Source of the DNA: an uncultured Actinomycetota bacterium | GTDB lineage: Bacteria; Actinomycetota; Actinomycetes; JACCUZ01 | Length of the DNA: 64,000 nt | Direction of reading: 5' to 3' | NCBI GenBank assembly: GCA_963705885.1 | Contig: OY970120.1 | Span: 3,497,676-3,561,675 of the forward strand | Part shown: positions 9,789-19,875 of the stretch, piece after piece | Position numbering within the stretch: position 1 is the stretch's first letter | Layout of the letters: each line of letters begins with the position of its first letter | Translations under genes and position numbers: made by a program | Notes under the pieces: generated by a model | The model's input: the letters and a program-made list of their open reading frames with translations, nothing else | Told to the model about the DNA's origin: nothing | Databases searched by the model: none

Positions 9789-10325
9789 TTAGAGGACGTC
9801 GCTCACTCGGGCCGCTCGCGGCATGGGCGCCGTCGCGGTGGGGAGGAGGAGGTAGAGCATCAGGAAGAAGCCGACCAGCGTGTAGGCCAGGGCGAAGAAG
9901 GTGCCGATCCAGTCGTGGAAGAGCACGAGTGCGCCGCCGCCGAGCTCGTAGCCCGCCCACAGCGACATCGTGATGCGCAGCACGTTGCAGGCGAGGACCA
10001 GCGCGGCCGCGACCCCGACGGCGAACAGCCGCCGCGGCCAGGGCCCGGACAGGATGAAGAACCCTATGCAGGCGAGGGCGAGCACGGGGATCACCGCGGA
10101 GCAGTACGGCGTGAGCTGCGCCCGGAAGGCCTCCTGGTCCGGTGGCAGCAGCTGGAAGAACGTCTCGTTCACCACCGAGGCGCGGCCGCCGAACGGGCTC
10201 AGCAGGCCCATCACGAGCTCGGACTCGAGGCGGCGGACCGGGGCGTTGAGCAGGCGGAAGCCGCCCAGCGCCACCGCCAGCGCCAGGCCGAGGAAGCCGA
10301 AGACGACGAAGCGGCGCCGCGTCAT
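9789..10325 (-). CDS. exosortase/archaeosortase-family protein, short Gram-positive type (XrtG-like)
   Basis: 178-aa polytopic membrane protein with motifs of the exosortase family: Cys in LTPYCSAVIPV, N-x-x-R in LACNVLRITMSLW, downstream LFHDWIGTFFAL. ATG overlaps the GT2 stop (ATGA). Always-adjacent GT2 matches the XrtG neighbourhood as I recall it. Confidence 0.5.
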   Translation of the reverse strand: MTRRRFVVFGFLGLALAVALGGFRLLNAPVRRLESELVMGLLSPFGGRASVVNETFFQLLPPDQEAFRAQLTPYCSAVIPVLALACIGFFILSGPWPRRLFAVGVAAALVLACNVLRITMSLWAGYELGGGALVLFHDWIGTFFALAYTLVGFFLMLYLLLPTATAPMPRAARVSDVL

Positions 10326-11713
10326 CCGTGCACCCCCGCACCCGCCGGGCCTTCGGCACCCTCCAGTGCCGACCACGAGGAGCGGGCGGTCTTGACCCAC
10401 GCGTAGCGACGCCCGAGCAGGCCGTCCACCCACGCCTTGGTGCACACGAGCATGAACACGACGAAGATCGGGGTCATCCAGGCGATCGACCAGGCCGAGC
10501 GCCGGGGCGCCCTGCCGACCATCAGCCCGACCGCCAGCTCGCAGAAGGGGCCGGCGAAGAGCAGCGCGGCCAGCGGCAGCATCTCGAACAGCGTGACCTG
10601 CGGGCCGAGCCCGCCGATGCGCAGCACCGTCATCAGCAGCGTGACCGTGCACAGCACGGGCACGTGGTAGACGAGCAGGAAGAGCATCGTCTCGACCTTC
10701 TCCAGCGGGGCGAGCCGGGTGCTGCTCAGCACGTGCCGGCGGTAGTCGCGCCAGACCTGCTGGTGGCCGCGCGCCCAGCGGTAGCGCTGCTTGACGAACC
10801 GCCCGAGGGTCGTGGCCCCCTCCTCGGTGTCGACCGCAGTGATGTCGTAGCGCACCCGGTCACCCCGGAGCACGACCCGCAGCGTCAGGTCCGTGTCCTC
10901 GGTGACGCTGTCGACGTTCCAGCCGCCCAGCGCGCGCAGCGTGCTGGCCCGCACGGCGCAGTTGGCCCCGCCGTACGCCGGCAGCTCGAACAGCGCCTGA
11001 CGGCCGTACTCGTTGACGAGGTAGCCGGAGAAGTAGTCGATCGCGATCGACCGGGCCAGCTTCGACTGGATGGAGTTGCGCACGATGCACCGGCCCTGCA
11101 CGGCCGACACGCGGGGGTCCTGGAAGTGCCGGACCAGCCGCTCCACGACGTTGCGGCGGGGGATGTGGTCGGCGTCGAAGATCACGATGATCTCACCGCG
11201 GGCGATCGCCGCGGCGTCGTTGAGGGCGCCCGACTTCCCGCCGCCGGCACCCGCCGGCCGGTTGAGCACCGTGATGTGCCGCTCGCCGGCCGTCAACGAC
11301 GCGAGCAGCTCGCCGGTCCCGTCGGTGGACGCGTCGTCGACGAGGATGATCTCCAGCCGCGACCGCGGGTAGTGCAGCGCCCGCAGACCCCGCACGAGGT
11401 TGTCTGCGACCAGCGCCTCGTTGTGGCAGGCGACCAGGACCGACACGTTCGGGCGGTAGGCCAGGTCGACCTCCGCGACGTCGTAGAGGTCGCGCGGTGC
11501 CCAGCGCACCGCGGCTGAGGCGAACGCGACGTGGCGCAGGAAGAAGACGAGGAACGCGAGGTTGACCAGCACCGACGCGGTGATGATGGCCCGGTCGACG
11601 CCGGCGACGGCGACGAGAAGCGCTCCCGCACCGACGATCCACAGGAAGGTCCAGGGGGCGGCGTCGGCCTTCGCCCCGCTCGACGTGACGGTGGCGGTGT
11701 GCGCGGTGCTCAC
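10322..11713 (-). CDS. processive family-2 glycosyltransferase (cellulose/chitin/PNAG-synthase-like, membrane-embedded)
   Basis: N- and C-terminal TM helices flank a GT-A core with DDASTDGT, FDADH (DxD), VTEDTD and QRYRWARG (Q-x-x-R-W), the signature of processive beta-glycan synthases. GTG start overlaps the PIG-L stop. Confidence 0.75.
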   Translation of the reverse strand: MSTAHTATVTSSGAKADAAPWTFLWIVGAGALLVAVAGVDRAIITASVLVNLAFLVFFLRHVAFASAAVRWAPRDLYDVAEVDLAYRPNVSVLVACHNEALVADNLVRGLRALHYPRSRLEIILVDDASTDGTGELLASLTAGERHITVLNRPAGAGGGKSGALNDAAAIARGEIIVIFDADHIPRRNVVERLVRHFQDPRVSAVQGRCIVRNSIQSKLARSIAIDYFSGYLVNEYGRQALFELPAYGGANCAVRASTLRALGGWNVDSVTEDTDLTLRVVLRGDRVRYDITAVDTEEGATTLGRFVKQRYRWARGHQQVWRDYRRHVLSSTRLAPLEKVETMLFLLVYHVPVLCTVTLLMTVLRIGGLGPQVTLFEMLPLAALLFAGPFCELAVGLMVGRAPRRSAWSIAWMTPIFVVFMLVCTKAWVDGLLGRRYAWVKTARSSWSALEGAEGPAGAGVHG

Positions 11714-12435
11714 GGCAGGAGGCGCGTCAGGCCGGTGTTTCCGGACGGCTCCGCAGCGTCGGCGGCGTCGGCGGCCTCACGCTCCAGCTCCAGCAGCTCG
11801 TCGTCGATCTGGCGCGACGAGGACCCGTGGCCGATGTCCCACACGAAGCGCGGGCTCTCGAACGCCTCGGCGTAGCCCACCTTGGCGCGCGACCCCCAGT
11901 AGCGTGCGCCCACCTCGACGGCGTCCAGGTCGACCATCGGGCACTGCATCACCTGCGACCAGTGAGCCCGCAGCGCGGCGAGCTTGCCGGAGAGCGTCTG
12001 GTCGACCTCGACGAACACGGTCGGGTCGAACGAGGTGGTCGACGGCGACTGGTAGAAGAGGACGCGGGCCAGCCGTCGCCCCGCCGCGAGCGCGGCCTGC
12101 GAGGTCGCGACGTGGTCCTGGTGCGTGTCGTGCGGCGCGTGAGCGTAGATCACGTCGGCGCCCACCCGGGCGACGACCTCGTCAAGGGCGGCCACCGCTT
12201 CGGGGCCGTTGGTCACCCGACCGTCGCTGAAGGGGCCCCAGACCAGGTTCGCGCCGATGACCGCGGCGGCGGCCTCCTGCTCGCGGACGCGCGTGGTGAG
12301 CCCCTGCGGCCCGTGCTCGCCCGGCGTCATGACGAGCATCGTCACCTCGTCGCCGGCCGCGACGTGGCGGAGCAGCGCACCCGCGCAGCCGAGCTCGATG
12401 TCGTCGGGGTGGGCCCCGATCGCCAGCACCTTCAC
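11710..12435 (-). CDS. PIG-L/LmbE-family N-acetylglucosaminyl deacetylase
   Basis: VKVLAIGAHPDDIELGCAG...HDTHQDH are the Zn-binding motifs of the LmbE/PIG-L family. GTG start overlaps the stop of the upstream paralog (GTGA). Confidence 0.8.
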   Translation of the reverse strand: MKVLAIGAHPDDIELGCAGALLRHVAAGDEVTMLVMTPGEHGPQGLTTRVREQEAAAAVIGANLVWGPFSDGRVTNGPEAVAALDEVVARVGADVIYAHAPHDTHQDHVATSQAALAAGRRLARVLFYQSPSTTSFDPTVFVEVDQTLSGKLAALRAHWSQVMQCPMVDLDAVEVGARYWGSRAKVGYAEAFESPRFVWDIGHGSSSRQIDDELLELEREAADAADAAEPSGNTGLTRLLP

Positions 12436-12971
12436 GGCGTCACCACCAGGCGGCGGGGACGCGCGACGACCACGAGCAGGCCCGTCACGACAACGGCCAG
12501 GACGCCGAGGAGCAGCGCTCCGACGTTACCCACCTGCGACACCGGCTTCGTCGCACATCGGCGCAGGTCCTCCACCTCGTCGTCGTCGATCTCGACCTCG
12601 GCGGTCCGGTTGCCCAGGCGCCAGGACATCTCCTCGCTGCCCGAGGTCGTCACGAACGCGTTCGTGTGCCGCCCGGGGGCGAACACCGTGGGCTGACCCT
12701 GGTCGTCCCCCCCGGGTGACACCCGGTTGTGGCTTCCCACTGCGACGACGGCGGTGTCCGAGGTCGGGTTGTCCCAGCCCCAGACGATCGTGGTCGACCC
12801 CGTTCCGTTGCGCCAGTAGCACTCCGCCACCGGCTGCAGCTGCTTGCAGGTGCCCGAGCCCATGGGCGGGCACTCCACCATCGCCGCCGAGGCCGGGCGC
12901 GCGAGGAGGGCCGTCACGCCCATCAGCACCAGGACGATGACGACGGCGACGCGAGGCAGCAGGGCTGTCAC
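12432..12971 (-). CDS. small secreted protein, paralog B, with C-terminal tripartite sorting-signal-like region (KPVSQVGN + TM helix + RPRR)
   Basis: N-terminal signal peptide (…LLARPASA|AM). Mature ~110-aa Thr/Val-rich domain with conserved DDxGQPTVFxPG. C-terminus CATKPVSQVGNVGALLLGVLAVVVTGLLVVVARPRRLVVTP. Clear paralog of the adjacent upstream gene. Confidence 0.6.
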   Translation of the reverse strand: MTALLPRVAVVIVLVLMGVTALLARPASAAMVECPPMGSGTCKQLQPVAECYWRNGTGSTTIVWGWDNPTSDTAVVAVGSHNRVSPGGDDQGQPTVFAPGRHTNAFVTTSGSEEMSWRLGNRTAEVEIDDDEVEDLRRCATKPVSQVGNVGALLLGVLAVVVTGLLVVVARPRRLVVTP

Positions 12972-13507
12972 GCGGGCGCCCGACCAGTGCGACGACCGGG
13001 GCGCCCGGACAAGGCCAGCGCCCCCGCGACCGTGACGACGGCAGCGAAGGCCAGGACCGCGAGCGCGTTGCCCTCGGCCGGCACGGGCTTCTCGGAGCAG
13101 CTGGTGACGGAGGCCGCAAGCTGCACCTTGTTCCCGGTCAGCTCCCAGTCCGCACCCTTGTCGATGTCGCGCATCGTGACGGTGGGGGCCCAGACGTTGC
13201 GGCGGGTGCCCGGCAGGAAGACGGTCGGCTGTCCGAGGTCGTCCTTGACAGCCGCTGCGACGTTCGTGACCTTGTTCTCCCCGCCGACGGGCACCGTGAC
13301 CGTCGTGGCGTTCGTGCTCGTGACCCCGATGCTGACAGTGACCGTCCCGTCAGCGTTGAGGAAGTAGCAGTCGACGAACGGAGTCAGCGACTTCTTCGCG
13401 GCGTCGGCGGCAGACGCTCCGGGGGCCCAGAGCACCCCCAGGAGGGCGATCGCGAGCGCGGCGACGACCAGCCGAGCCGTCCGCGCGAGAACCAACGAGA
13501 CCCGCAT
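12968..13507 (-). CDS. small secreted protein, paralog A, with C-terminal tripartite sorting-signal-like region (KPVPAEGN + TM helix + RPGRR)
   Basis: Signal peptide (…LWAPGASA|AD). Shares CY(F/W)xNxxG(T/S)xT, DDxGQPTVFxPG, LxGN(K/R), C(S/A)xKPVxxxGN with paralog B. C-terminus [43 protein letters not shown]. Strong GGAGGA RBS. First gene of the operon. Confidence 0.6.
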   Translation of the reverse strand: MRVSLVLARTARLVVAALAIALLGVLWAPGASAADAAKKSLTPFVDCYFLNADGTVTVSIGVTSTNATTVTVPVGGENKVTNVAAAVKDDLGQPTVFLPGTRRNVWAPTVTMRDIDKGADWELTGNKVQLAASVTSCSEKPVPAEGNALAVLAFAAVVTVAGALALSGRPGRRTGRAPA

Positions 13508-13609
13508 CCTGCTCCTCCTGCACGGGACGCACCCCGGAGGCGCGTCGATACAGGAGATGTCTCGGCACGGTCCCGCGCCCGCTGAATGGGCCTCGCGGGC
13601 GATCGACCG

Positions 13610-13635
13610 GCCTGATCGGTGTAGCCCGATCAGGC
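13610..13635 (-). terminator. 10-bp perfect inverted repeat (GCCTGATCGG-tgtagc-CCGATCAGGC) 20 nt downstream of the rho stop; candidate terminator/attenuator between rho and the accessory operon
   Basis: Inverted repeat seen in the sequence; no U-tract. Confidence 0.3.
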
Positions 13636-13654
13636 GACGTCTGGGGGCAGGAGG

Positions 13655-15474
13655 TCAGTCCTCGTCGCTGCCGTTGCCGTTGCCGTTGCCAGGCACCGGC
13701 ATCGTCTGCTGGACCTGCATGAGGAACTCGGCGTTGCTCTTGGTCTTCTTCATCCGGTCGAGCAGCAGCTCGAGCGCCTGCTGGGTCTCCAGCGCGTGCA
13801 GCACGCGGCGCAGCTTCCAGGTGATCTGGAGCTCCTCGCGCGGCATGAGGATCTCCTCCTTGCGGGTGCCCGACGGGTCGACGTCGACGGCCGGGAAGAT
13901 CCGCTTGTCCGCGAGCTTGCGGTCGAGCTTGAGCTCCATGTTGCCGGTGCCCTTGAACTCCTCGAAGATCACCTCGTCCATGCGGGACCCGGTCTCGACC
14001 AGGGCGGTGGCGAGGATGGTCAGCGACCCGCCGTTCTCGATGTTGCGCGCCGCGCCGAAGAACCGCTTCGGCGGGTAGAGCGCCGTGGAGTCGACGCCTC
14101 CGGAGAGGATCCGGCCGCTGGCCGGTGCCGCGAGGTTGTACGCGCGGCCCAGCCGGGTGATCGAGTCGAGCAGGACCACCACGTCGTGACCCAGCTCGAC
14201 AAGACGCTTGGCACGCTCGATGGCGAGCTCGGCGACCATCGTGTGGTCCTCGGCCGGCCGGTCGAAGGTCGAGGCGATGACCTCGCCCTTCACCGACCGC
14301 TGCATGTCGGTGACCTCCTCCGGACGCTCGTCGACGAGCACGACCATGAGGTGGGTCTCGGGGTTGTTCTGGGTGATCGCGTTGGCGATCGCCTGCAGCA
14401 CCATCGTCTTGCCGGCCTTGGGCGGGGAGACGATCAGGCCACGCTGGCCCTTGCCGATCGGCGCCACGAGGTCGATGACCCGGGTCGTCAGCACGCTCGG
14501 GTCGGTCTCGAGCCGCAGCCGATCCTGCGGGTACAGCGGGGTCAGCTTGGTGAACTCCACCCGGCTGCGCGCCTGGTCGGGCTCGGCGCCGTTGACGGAG
14601 TCGAGGCGGACCAGCGCGTTGAACTTCTCCTTGCGCTCGCCCTCGTGCGGCTGTCGCACCGCGCCCGTGATCGCGTCGCCCTTGCGCAGCCCGCTGTTGC
14701 GGACCTGGGCGAGCGACACGTAGACGTCGTTGGGACCGGGCAGGTAGCCCGACGTCCGCACGAAGGCGTAGTTGTCGAGGATGTCGAGGATGCCGGCCAC
14801 CGGGACGAGGACGTCGTCCTCGCTGATCTCCGGGAGCGCGCCGTCGGCGTCGCCGGGCAGGCCGTCGCGGCCCCCGCGCCGGTTGCGGTTGCGGTCGCGG
14901 TAGCGCCCGCGCCGACGGCCGCGCCCACCGCGGCCGTCCTCGTCGTCGTCGCCGTCGCGCGGGCCCTGCTGCCGGTCGCCCTGCGGCCGGTCGCCCTGCG
15001 GCCGGTCGCCCTGCGGCCGGTCTGCTGCTGCTGCCGGTCGCCCTGCTGCCGGTCGCCCTGCTGCCGGTCGCCCTGCTGCCGGTCGCCCTGCGGCCGGTCC
15101 CGCTGCTGCCGGTCGCGCTGCGGGCGGTCGCGCTGCGGCCGGTCGCCCTCCTGCTGCTCGCCGCGCTGCTCCCGGGACGGCTGCTCCGCGGGCGCCGCGG
15201 TCTCGGCCGCCGGCGGCGACGCCTGTGCCGGGGCACCGGAGCCGCCGGACTGGCGCTCCTTGATGGCCTCGATGAGCTGGCCCTTGCGCATGCGCCCCGT
15301 GCCGCTGATGCCCAGCTCGGAGGCGAGCCCCTGGAGCTCGGCCAGGACCATGCCGGAGAGGCCGCCACCCGCCTTGCGCGCGGGCTTTCGGGCGGGCTTG
15401 GTCTCGGCCGTCCCGCCGTCGGCGGGCGCGTCCAGGAGTTCTGTGCTGTCGGACACTGACTGGTCCTTCCTCAT
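13655..15474 (-). CDS. rho: transcription termination factor Rho, with an apparent +2/-1 frameshift inside the RD/QG-rich repeat linker (~15017-15033)
   Basis: N-terminus ([21 protein letters not shown]...[37 protein letters not shown], Rho_N domain) is in the frame of ORF 14542..15828. RNA-binding and ATPase body (…[17 protein letters not shown]…[22 protein letters not shown]…) is in the frame of ORF 13655..15799. The frames meet at an irregular 17-nt unit (ccggtctgctgctgctg) within otherwise 15-nt tandem repeats (ccggtcgccctgc[g/t]g = [10 protein letters not shown]). Confidence 0.8.
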
Positions 15475-15856
15475 CGACGAGGTCCTCGGGTGCGTCCCCG
15501 TGGCCCCTGCCGTGCTCTGTCGGCTGCGGTCCGCCCAGGGGCCGGTCCGCGGTGCCCGTCTTCGTCTCGTCGAGACGTCCATCTGGAGGGGGAAATCGTT
15601 CACCCGACACGACCGTTGCGACGGCCCGCTCCGCGGTGATCCCCCCAGGCCTCGCCGACTCAGCGGCTGCGACGAACGCGCAGTCGTGGGGGGTGGGAGG
15701 CCACTGTCGTCCGAGGACGCCGGGCGCCGGAGCGCCCGAGATCGTGGCGGAGCACCGGGCCACTCGCGGTGGCGTCTGGTGCGATGCCGAGCGTAACACC
15801 CCCCACCGCCGGATCGTCCCGACCGCACGAATGGGCGCGCGCCGCGCCCCGCCCGC

Positions 15857-16762
15857 TCAGCCCGGGGTCACCCGTGCCTGCGCCCCGGCCCGGTCGATCG
15901 CCGGCCGATGGGTCGTCCAGCCCTCGGGCGCCTCGAGCCCGACAGGCTCCCCCGTGGTCAGGACCAGCACGCTGGGCCCGGCCCCGGAGACCGTGGCGGC
16001 CAGGCCCGAGGACCGCAGCCGTGTGACCAGTTCCGCCGTCGCCGGCATCGCGGCGGCCCGGTAGGCCTGGTGGAGCCGGTCCTCCGTCGCCGCCAGCAAC
16101 AGGTCAGGGCGTCGCGTCATGGCCTCGACGAGGAGGGCGGCCCTCCCCGCGGAGTGCGCGGCGTCGGCGTGCGGGACGGTGGCGGGCAGCAGCGCCCGCG
16201 CCGTGGAGGTCGACAGCTCCTCCTCAGGCACGAGCACCGCGACGCCCACCTCCGGCGACGGCTCGATGCGCGCCGCGTGCGCGGCGCCCCCGTCCGTCCA
16301 CGCGACGGTCAGCCCGCCCATCAGGGCGGCGGCGGCGTTGTCCGGGTGACCCTCGATCGCGCTCGCCAGGGCGAGCACGGCCTGCTCGTCCCGCTCCGCC
16401 GCGGCCAGCGCGCGACCGGCGAGGACCCCGGCCACCGCGGCGGCGGCGGAGGACCCCAGACCGCGCGCCTGCGGGACCCGGTTGGAGCACCAGATCGTCA
16501 GCGGCGCCCGCGGCAGGGCGAGGGCGTCGAGCGCTGCGTGGACCGCACGGACCACCAGGTGCGAGCCGTCGCGCGGGACGCTCGCGGCACCCTCGCCCTC
16601 GACGTGCACGGTGACCGGCGGTGCGGAGCCCGGCTCGACGCGGACGCGCACGTCGTCGTAGATCGCGAGCGCGAGGCCGAGCGAGTCGTAGCCGGGCCCG
16701 AGGTTGGCACTGGTGGCGGGGACCCGGACCGAGACCTCCGTCCCGGGTGCCAGGGTCACGAC
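15857..16762 (-). CDS. thrB: homoserine kinase
   Basis: [36 protein letters not shown] kinase motifs. GTG start chosen by homology; it overlaps the thrC 3' end. Confidence 0.8.
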   Translation of the reverse strand, partial: VVTLAPGTEVSVRVPATSANLGPGYDSLGLALAIYDDVRVRVEPGSAPPVTVHVEGEGAASVPRDGSHLVVRAVHAALDALALPRAPLTIWCSNRVPQARGLGSSAAAAVAGVLAGRALAAAERDEQAVLALASAIEGHPDNAAAALMGGLTVAWTDGGAAHAARIEPSPEVGVAVLVPEEELSTSTARALLPATVPHADAAHSAGRAALLVEAMTRRPDLLLAATEDRLHQAYRAAAMPATAELVTRLRSSGLAATVSGAGPSVLVLTTGEPVGLEAPEGWTTHRPAIDRAGAQARVTPG

Positions 16763-17820
16763 CGGAGGCCGAGCGCGGCCGCTGCGGCCGGCGCGTCGGC
16801 GGGCACGGTGTCGCTGCGCACGTCCAGGCGCGAGAGCGCCGTCTCGGTGTCCTTGAGGCCGTTGCCGGTGACGGTGCACACGACCAGCTGGCCGGGCTCG
16901 AGCTCTCCCCGCTCGTGACACTGCAGCAGGCCGGCCACGGACGCGGCGCTGGCCGGCTCGACGAAGACCCCCTCGCGCGCCGAGAGCAGCCGTTGCGCGT
17001 CGAGGATCCGGTCGTCGCTCACGGCGTCGATGCGGCCCTTGGACTCCTCGCGGGCGGTCACCGCTCCGTCCCAGGACGCCGGGTCACCGATCCGGATGGC
17101 GGTGGCGACGGTGTCCGGGTTCGCCACGGGAGACCCGAGCACGAGCGGGGCGGCGCCCTCGGCCTGGAACCCCCACATCCGGGGGTGGGCGCACAGCCCG
17201 TCCGCCGCGTACTCGACGTAGCCCTTCCAGTACGCGGTGATGTTGCCCGCGTTGCCGACGGGCAGGCAGTGGACGTCCGGCGCCCGGCCCAGCACGTCGA
17301 CGACCTCGAACGCGGCGGTCTTCTGGCCCTCGATGCGGAACGGGTTCACCGAGTTCACCAGCGACACGGGGTAGAGGTCGGCGAGATCGCGGGCGAGTCG
17401 CAGGCACTCGTCGAAGCCGCCCTCGACCTGCAGCAGCCGCGCGTCGTGCACGAGCGCCTGGGCCATCTTCCCCGCCGCGATCCGGCCGTGGGGGACGAGG
17501 ACCACGCACTCCAGGCCGGCCTTCACGGCGTAGGCCGCGGCGGACGCGCTCGTGTTGCCCGTCGACGCGCAGATCACCGCGCCGACGGCTTCGCTCGCGG
17601 CCGAGGAGATCGCCACCGTCATGCCCCGGTCCTTGAACGAGCCGGTGGGGTTGGCCCCCTCGACCTTGAGGTGCACCTCGCACCCCGTCAGCCCGGAGAG
17701 GTGCCCGGCCCGGACCAGGGGGGTGCCGCCCTCGCCCAGGGTCACGACCGGCACGTCCGGGCCCAGCGGGAGCCGCGCCGCGTACTCGGCGACGACACCC
17801 CGCCAGAGCCGGGCGGTCAC
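16756..17820 (-). CDS. thrC: threonine synthase
   Basis: 354 aa; [23 protein letters not shown] is the PLP-lysine motif of threonine synthase. Confidence 0.9.
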   Translation of the reverse strand: MTARLWRGVVAEYAARLPLGPDVPVVTLGEGGTPLVRAGHLSGLTGCEVHLKVEGANPTGSFKDRGMTVAISSAASEAVGAVICASTGNTSASAAAYAVKAGLECVVLVPHGRIAAGKMAQALVHDARLLQVEGGFDECLRLARDLADLYPVSLVNSVNPFRIEGQKTAAFEVVDVLGRAPDVHCLPVGNAGNITAYWKGYVEYAADGLCAHPRMWGFQAEGAAPLVLGSPVANPDTVATAIRIGDPASWDGAVTAREESKGRIDAVSDDRILDAQRLLSAREGVFVEPASAASVAGLLQCHERGELEPGQLVVCTVTGNGLKDTETALSRLDVRSDTVPADAPAAAAALGLRS

Positions 17821-19115
17821 TGGCCCTCCACCCGCATGACGCTCAGCACCCGCCGCACGACGTCGAGCCCCGCCAGCGTCTCCACCGTCGCGGAGAGCGC
17901 CGCGTCGGGCGCGTGGTGGGTGACGATGACGAGGACGGCGTCGTCCTCGCCGCGCTTCTCCTGGCGCACGGTCTCGATCGACACGTTGTGCTCGGCGAAG
18001 GCCGTCGCCACCCGGGCCAGCACGCCGGAGCGGTCGGCCACGTCGAGGCTGACGTGGTAGCGGGTCAGGGTCTCGCCGATCGGGCGCAGCCGGAGGTCGG
18101 CGTAGGCGGACTCACCGGGGCCGCGCCCGCCCGACACCTTGTGGCGCGCGACCGCGACGACGTCACCGAGCACGGCGCTCGCGGTGGGCGCCCCGCCGGC
18201 ACCCTGCCCGTAGAACATCAGCTCGCCGGCGGCCTCGCACTCGACGAACACGGCGTTGAAGGCTTCGCGGACGCCGGCCAGCGGGTGGGTGAGCGGGATC
18301 ATCGCAGGATGGGCACGCACCCCGACGGCCCGGCCGTCGTCGGAGAGCTCGGCGATGGCCAGCAGCTTGACCACGCACCCCATCTCGCGGGCGCTGGCCA
18401 CGTCGGCCGCCGTCACCTCGGTGATGCCCTCGCGATGCACGTCGGCCGCCGTGACGCGGGTGTGGAAGGCCAGCGCGGCGAGGATGGCGCCCTTGGCGGC
18501 CGCGTCGAAACCCTCGACGTCGGCGGTCGGGTCGGCCTCGGCGTAGCCGAGGGCCTGCGCCTCCTCCAGCGCCTCGGCGAACCCGGCGCCGCTCTCGGTC
18601 ATCCGCGTGAGCACGAAGTTCGTCGTGCCGTTGACGATGCCCAGGACGCGGCGCACCCGGTCGCCCGCCAGCGACTCGCGCAGCGGGCGCAGCAGCGGGA
18701 TCGCTCCGGCAACCGCGGCCTCGTAGTAGAGGTCCCCGCCGTGCTTGTCGGCGGCCTCGAACAGCGTGGCCCCGTCCTCGGCCAGCAGGGCCTTGTTGGC
18801 GGTGACCACCGACGCGCCGTGCTCGAGCGCGGACAGGATGAGCGCGCGGGCCGGCTCGATCCCTCCGATCACCTCGACCACGACGTCGATGTCGTCACGG
18901 GCGACCAGCGACTCGGCGTCGCCGGTGAACAGCGAGGGGTCGACCGGGAGATCGCCGCGCGCCCGCGAGGGGCGCCGCACCGCGATGCCGGCCAGCTCCA
19001 GAGGTCGCCCGACACGGGCCGCGAGATCGTCGGCGTGCGTCGAGAGCAGGCGGGCGACCTCGCTACCGACGACGCCGCACCCGAGAAGCGCGACCTTCAG
19101 CGCGGGTCCTGGCAT
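17817..19115 (-). CDS. hom: homoserine dehydrogenase (with C-terminal ACT domain)
   Basis: [24 protein letters not shown] (NAD-binding) and a C-terminal ACT-like region; hom-thrC-thrB order is conserved. Confidence 0.9.
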   Translation of the reverse strand: MPGPALKVALLGCGVVGSEVARLLSTHADDLAARVGRPLELAGIAVRRPSRARGDLPVDPSLFTGDAESLVARDDIDVVVEVIGGIEPARALILSALEHGASVVTANKALLAEDGATLFEAADKHGGDLYYEAAVAGAIPLLRPLRESLAGDRVRRVLGIVNGTTNFVLTRMTESGAGFAEALEEAQALGYAEADPTADVEGFDAAAKGAILAALAFHTRVTAADVHREGITEVTAADVASAREMGCVVKLLAIAELSDDGRAVGVRAHPAMIPLTHPLAGVREAFNAVFVECEAAGELMFYGQGAGGAPTASAVLGDVVAVARHKVSGGRGPGESAYADLRLRPIGETLTRYHVSLDVADRSGVLARVATAFAEHNVSIETVRQEKRGEDDAVLVIVTHHAPDAALSATVETLAGLDVVRRVLSVMRVEGQ

Positions 19116-19184
19116 GAGCGCCAGCCTCTCAGACGGGACCCGCGGACGGAGGCTCCGACCGCGATCCGGCCGCCGCGCCGCCTC

Positions 19185-19835
19185 TCAGGGGGTGACGACG
19201 TGGATGTTGATGTCGTAGCGGCCGAGGCAGCCGGCCAGGCCGAGCCAGAGCACGAGGTACATCTCGAGACCGCGAGCCGACGAGATGCCGCCGAGGTCGC
19301 GGATGTTCTCCGCCGCCCAGCCCGTCTCCTGGAGCAGGGAGCGCACGGTCGCCTTGGCGTCGCCGTCGTCGCCGGCCATGAACACGTCGTGGCTGCCGGG
19401 CAGCGCGGCCGGGTCGACCATGACGGAGGCGGTGACGGTGTTCAGCGCCTTCACGACCCGCGCCTGGGGGAAGGTCCGCTGGATGCGCTCGGCGAGGCTG
19501 TCGTCACCGACCGGGTCTAGCAGGATCGGCGGGCCGTAGGCGGCGATCGGGTTGGCGACGTCCATCAGGACCTTTCCTGACAGGTTGTCCCGGCCCGCGG
19601 CCTCCAGGGCCACGAGGGAGCTCACGCCGGCGGTCGCGTTGACCACGACGTCGCCGTGGGCCGCTGCGTCGGCGAACGTGCCGGCCGTGCCTCGCCCACC
19701 GGTCCCACCCGCCCAGCCCACCGCCGCCGCGTTGTCGGCGGTGCGCGACCCCATGACCACGTCGTGGCCGAGCTCGACGAACCGGGTCGCCAGTGTCGTG
19801 CCGACCGTCCCCGTCCCGAGGACGCCGATGCGCAT
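19185..19835 (-). CDS. NADP oxidoreductase, coenzyme F420-dependent family (Npd-like Rossmann protein)
   Basis: [31 protein letters not shown] is a dinucleotide-binding fold; 216 aa. Confidence 0.6.
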   Translation of the reverse strand: MRIGVLGTGTVGTTLATRFVELGHDVVMGSRTADNAAAVGWAGGTGGRGTAGTFADAAAHGDVVVNATAGVSSLVALEAAGRDNLSGKVLMDVANPIAAYGPPILLDPVGDDSLAERIQRTFPQARVVKALNTVTASVMVDPAALPGSHDVFMAGDDGDAKATVRSLLQETGWAAENIRDLGGISSARGLEMYLVLWLGLAGCLGRYDINIHVVTP

Positions 19836-19875
19836 GAGCCCACCGTCCAGCGCCGGGCGCAGGTTGGCAAGGGCG

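Noticed and set aside
13350-15368. 672-aa ORF and several other long ORFs overlapping rho on both strands (13796..15796, 14542..15828)
   Set aside because: They share DNA with the Rho ATPase body. 14542..15828 is real only for its first ~150 nt (Rho N-terminus) before the frameshift.
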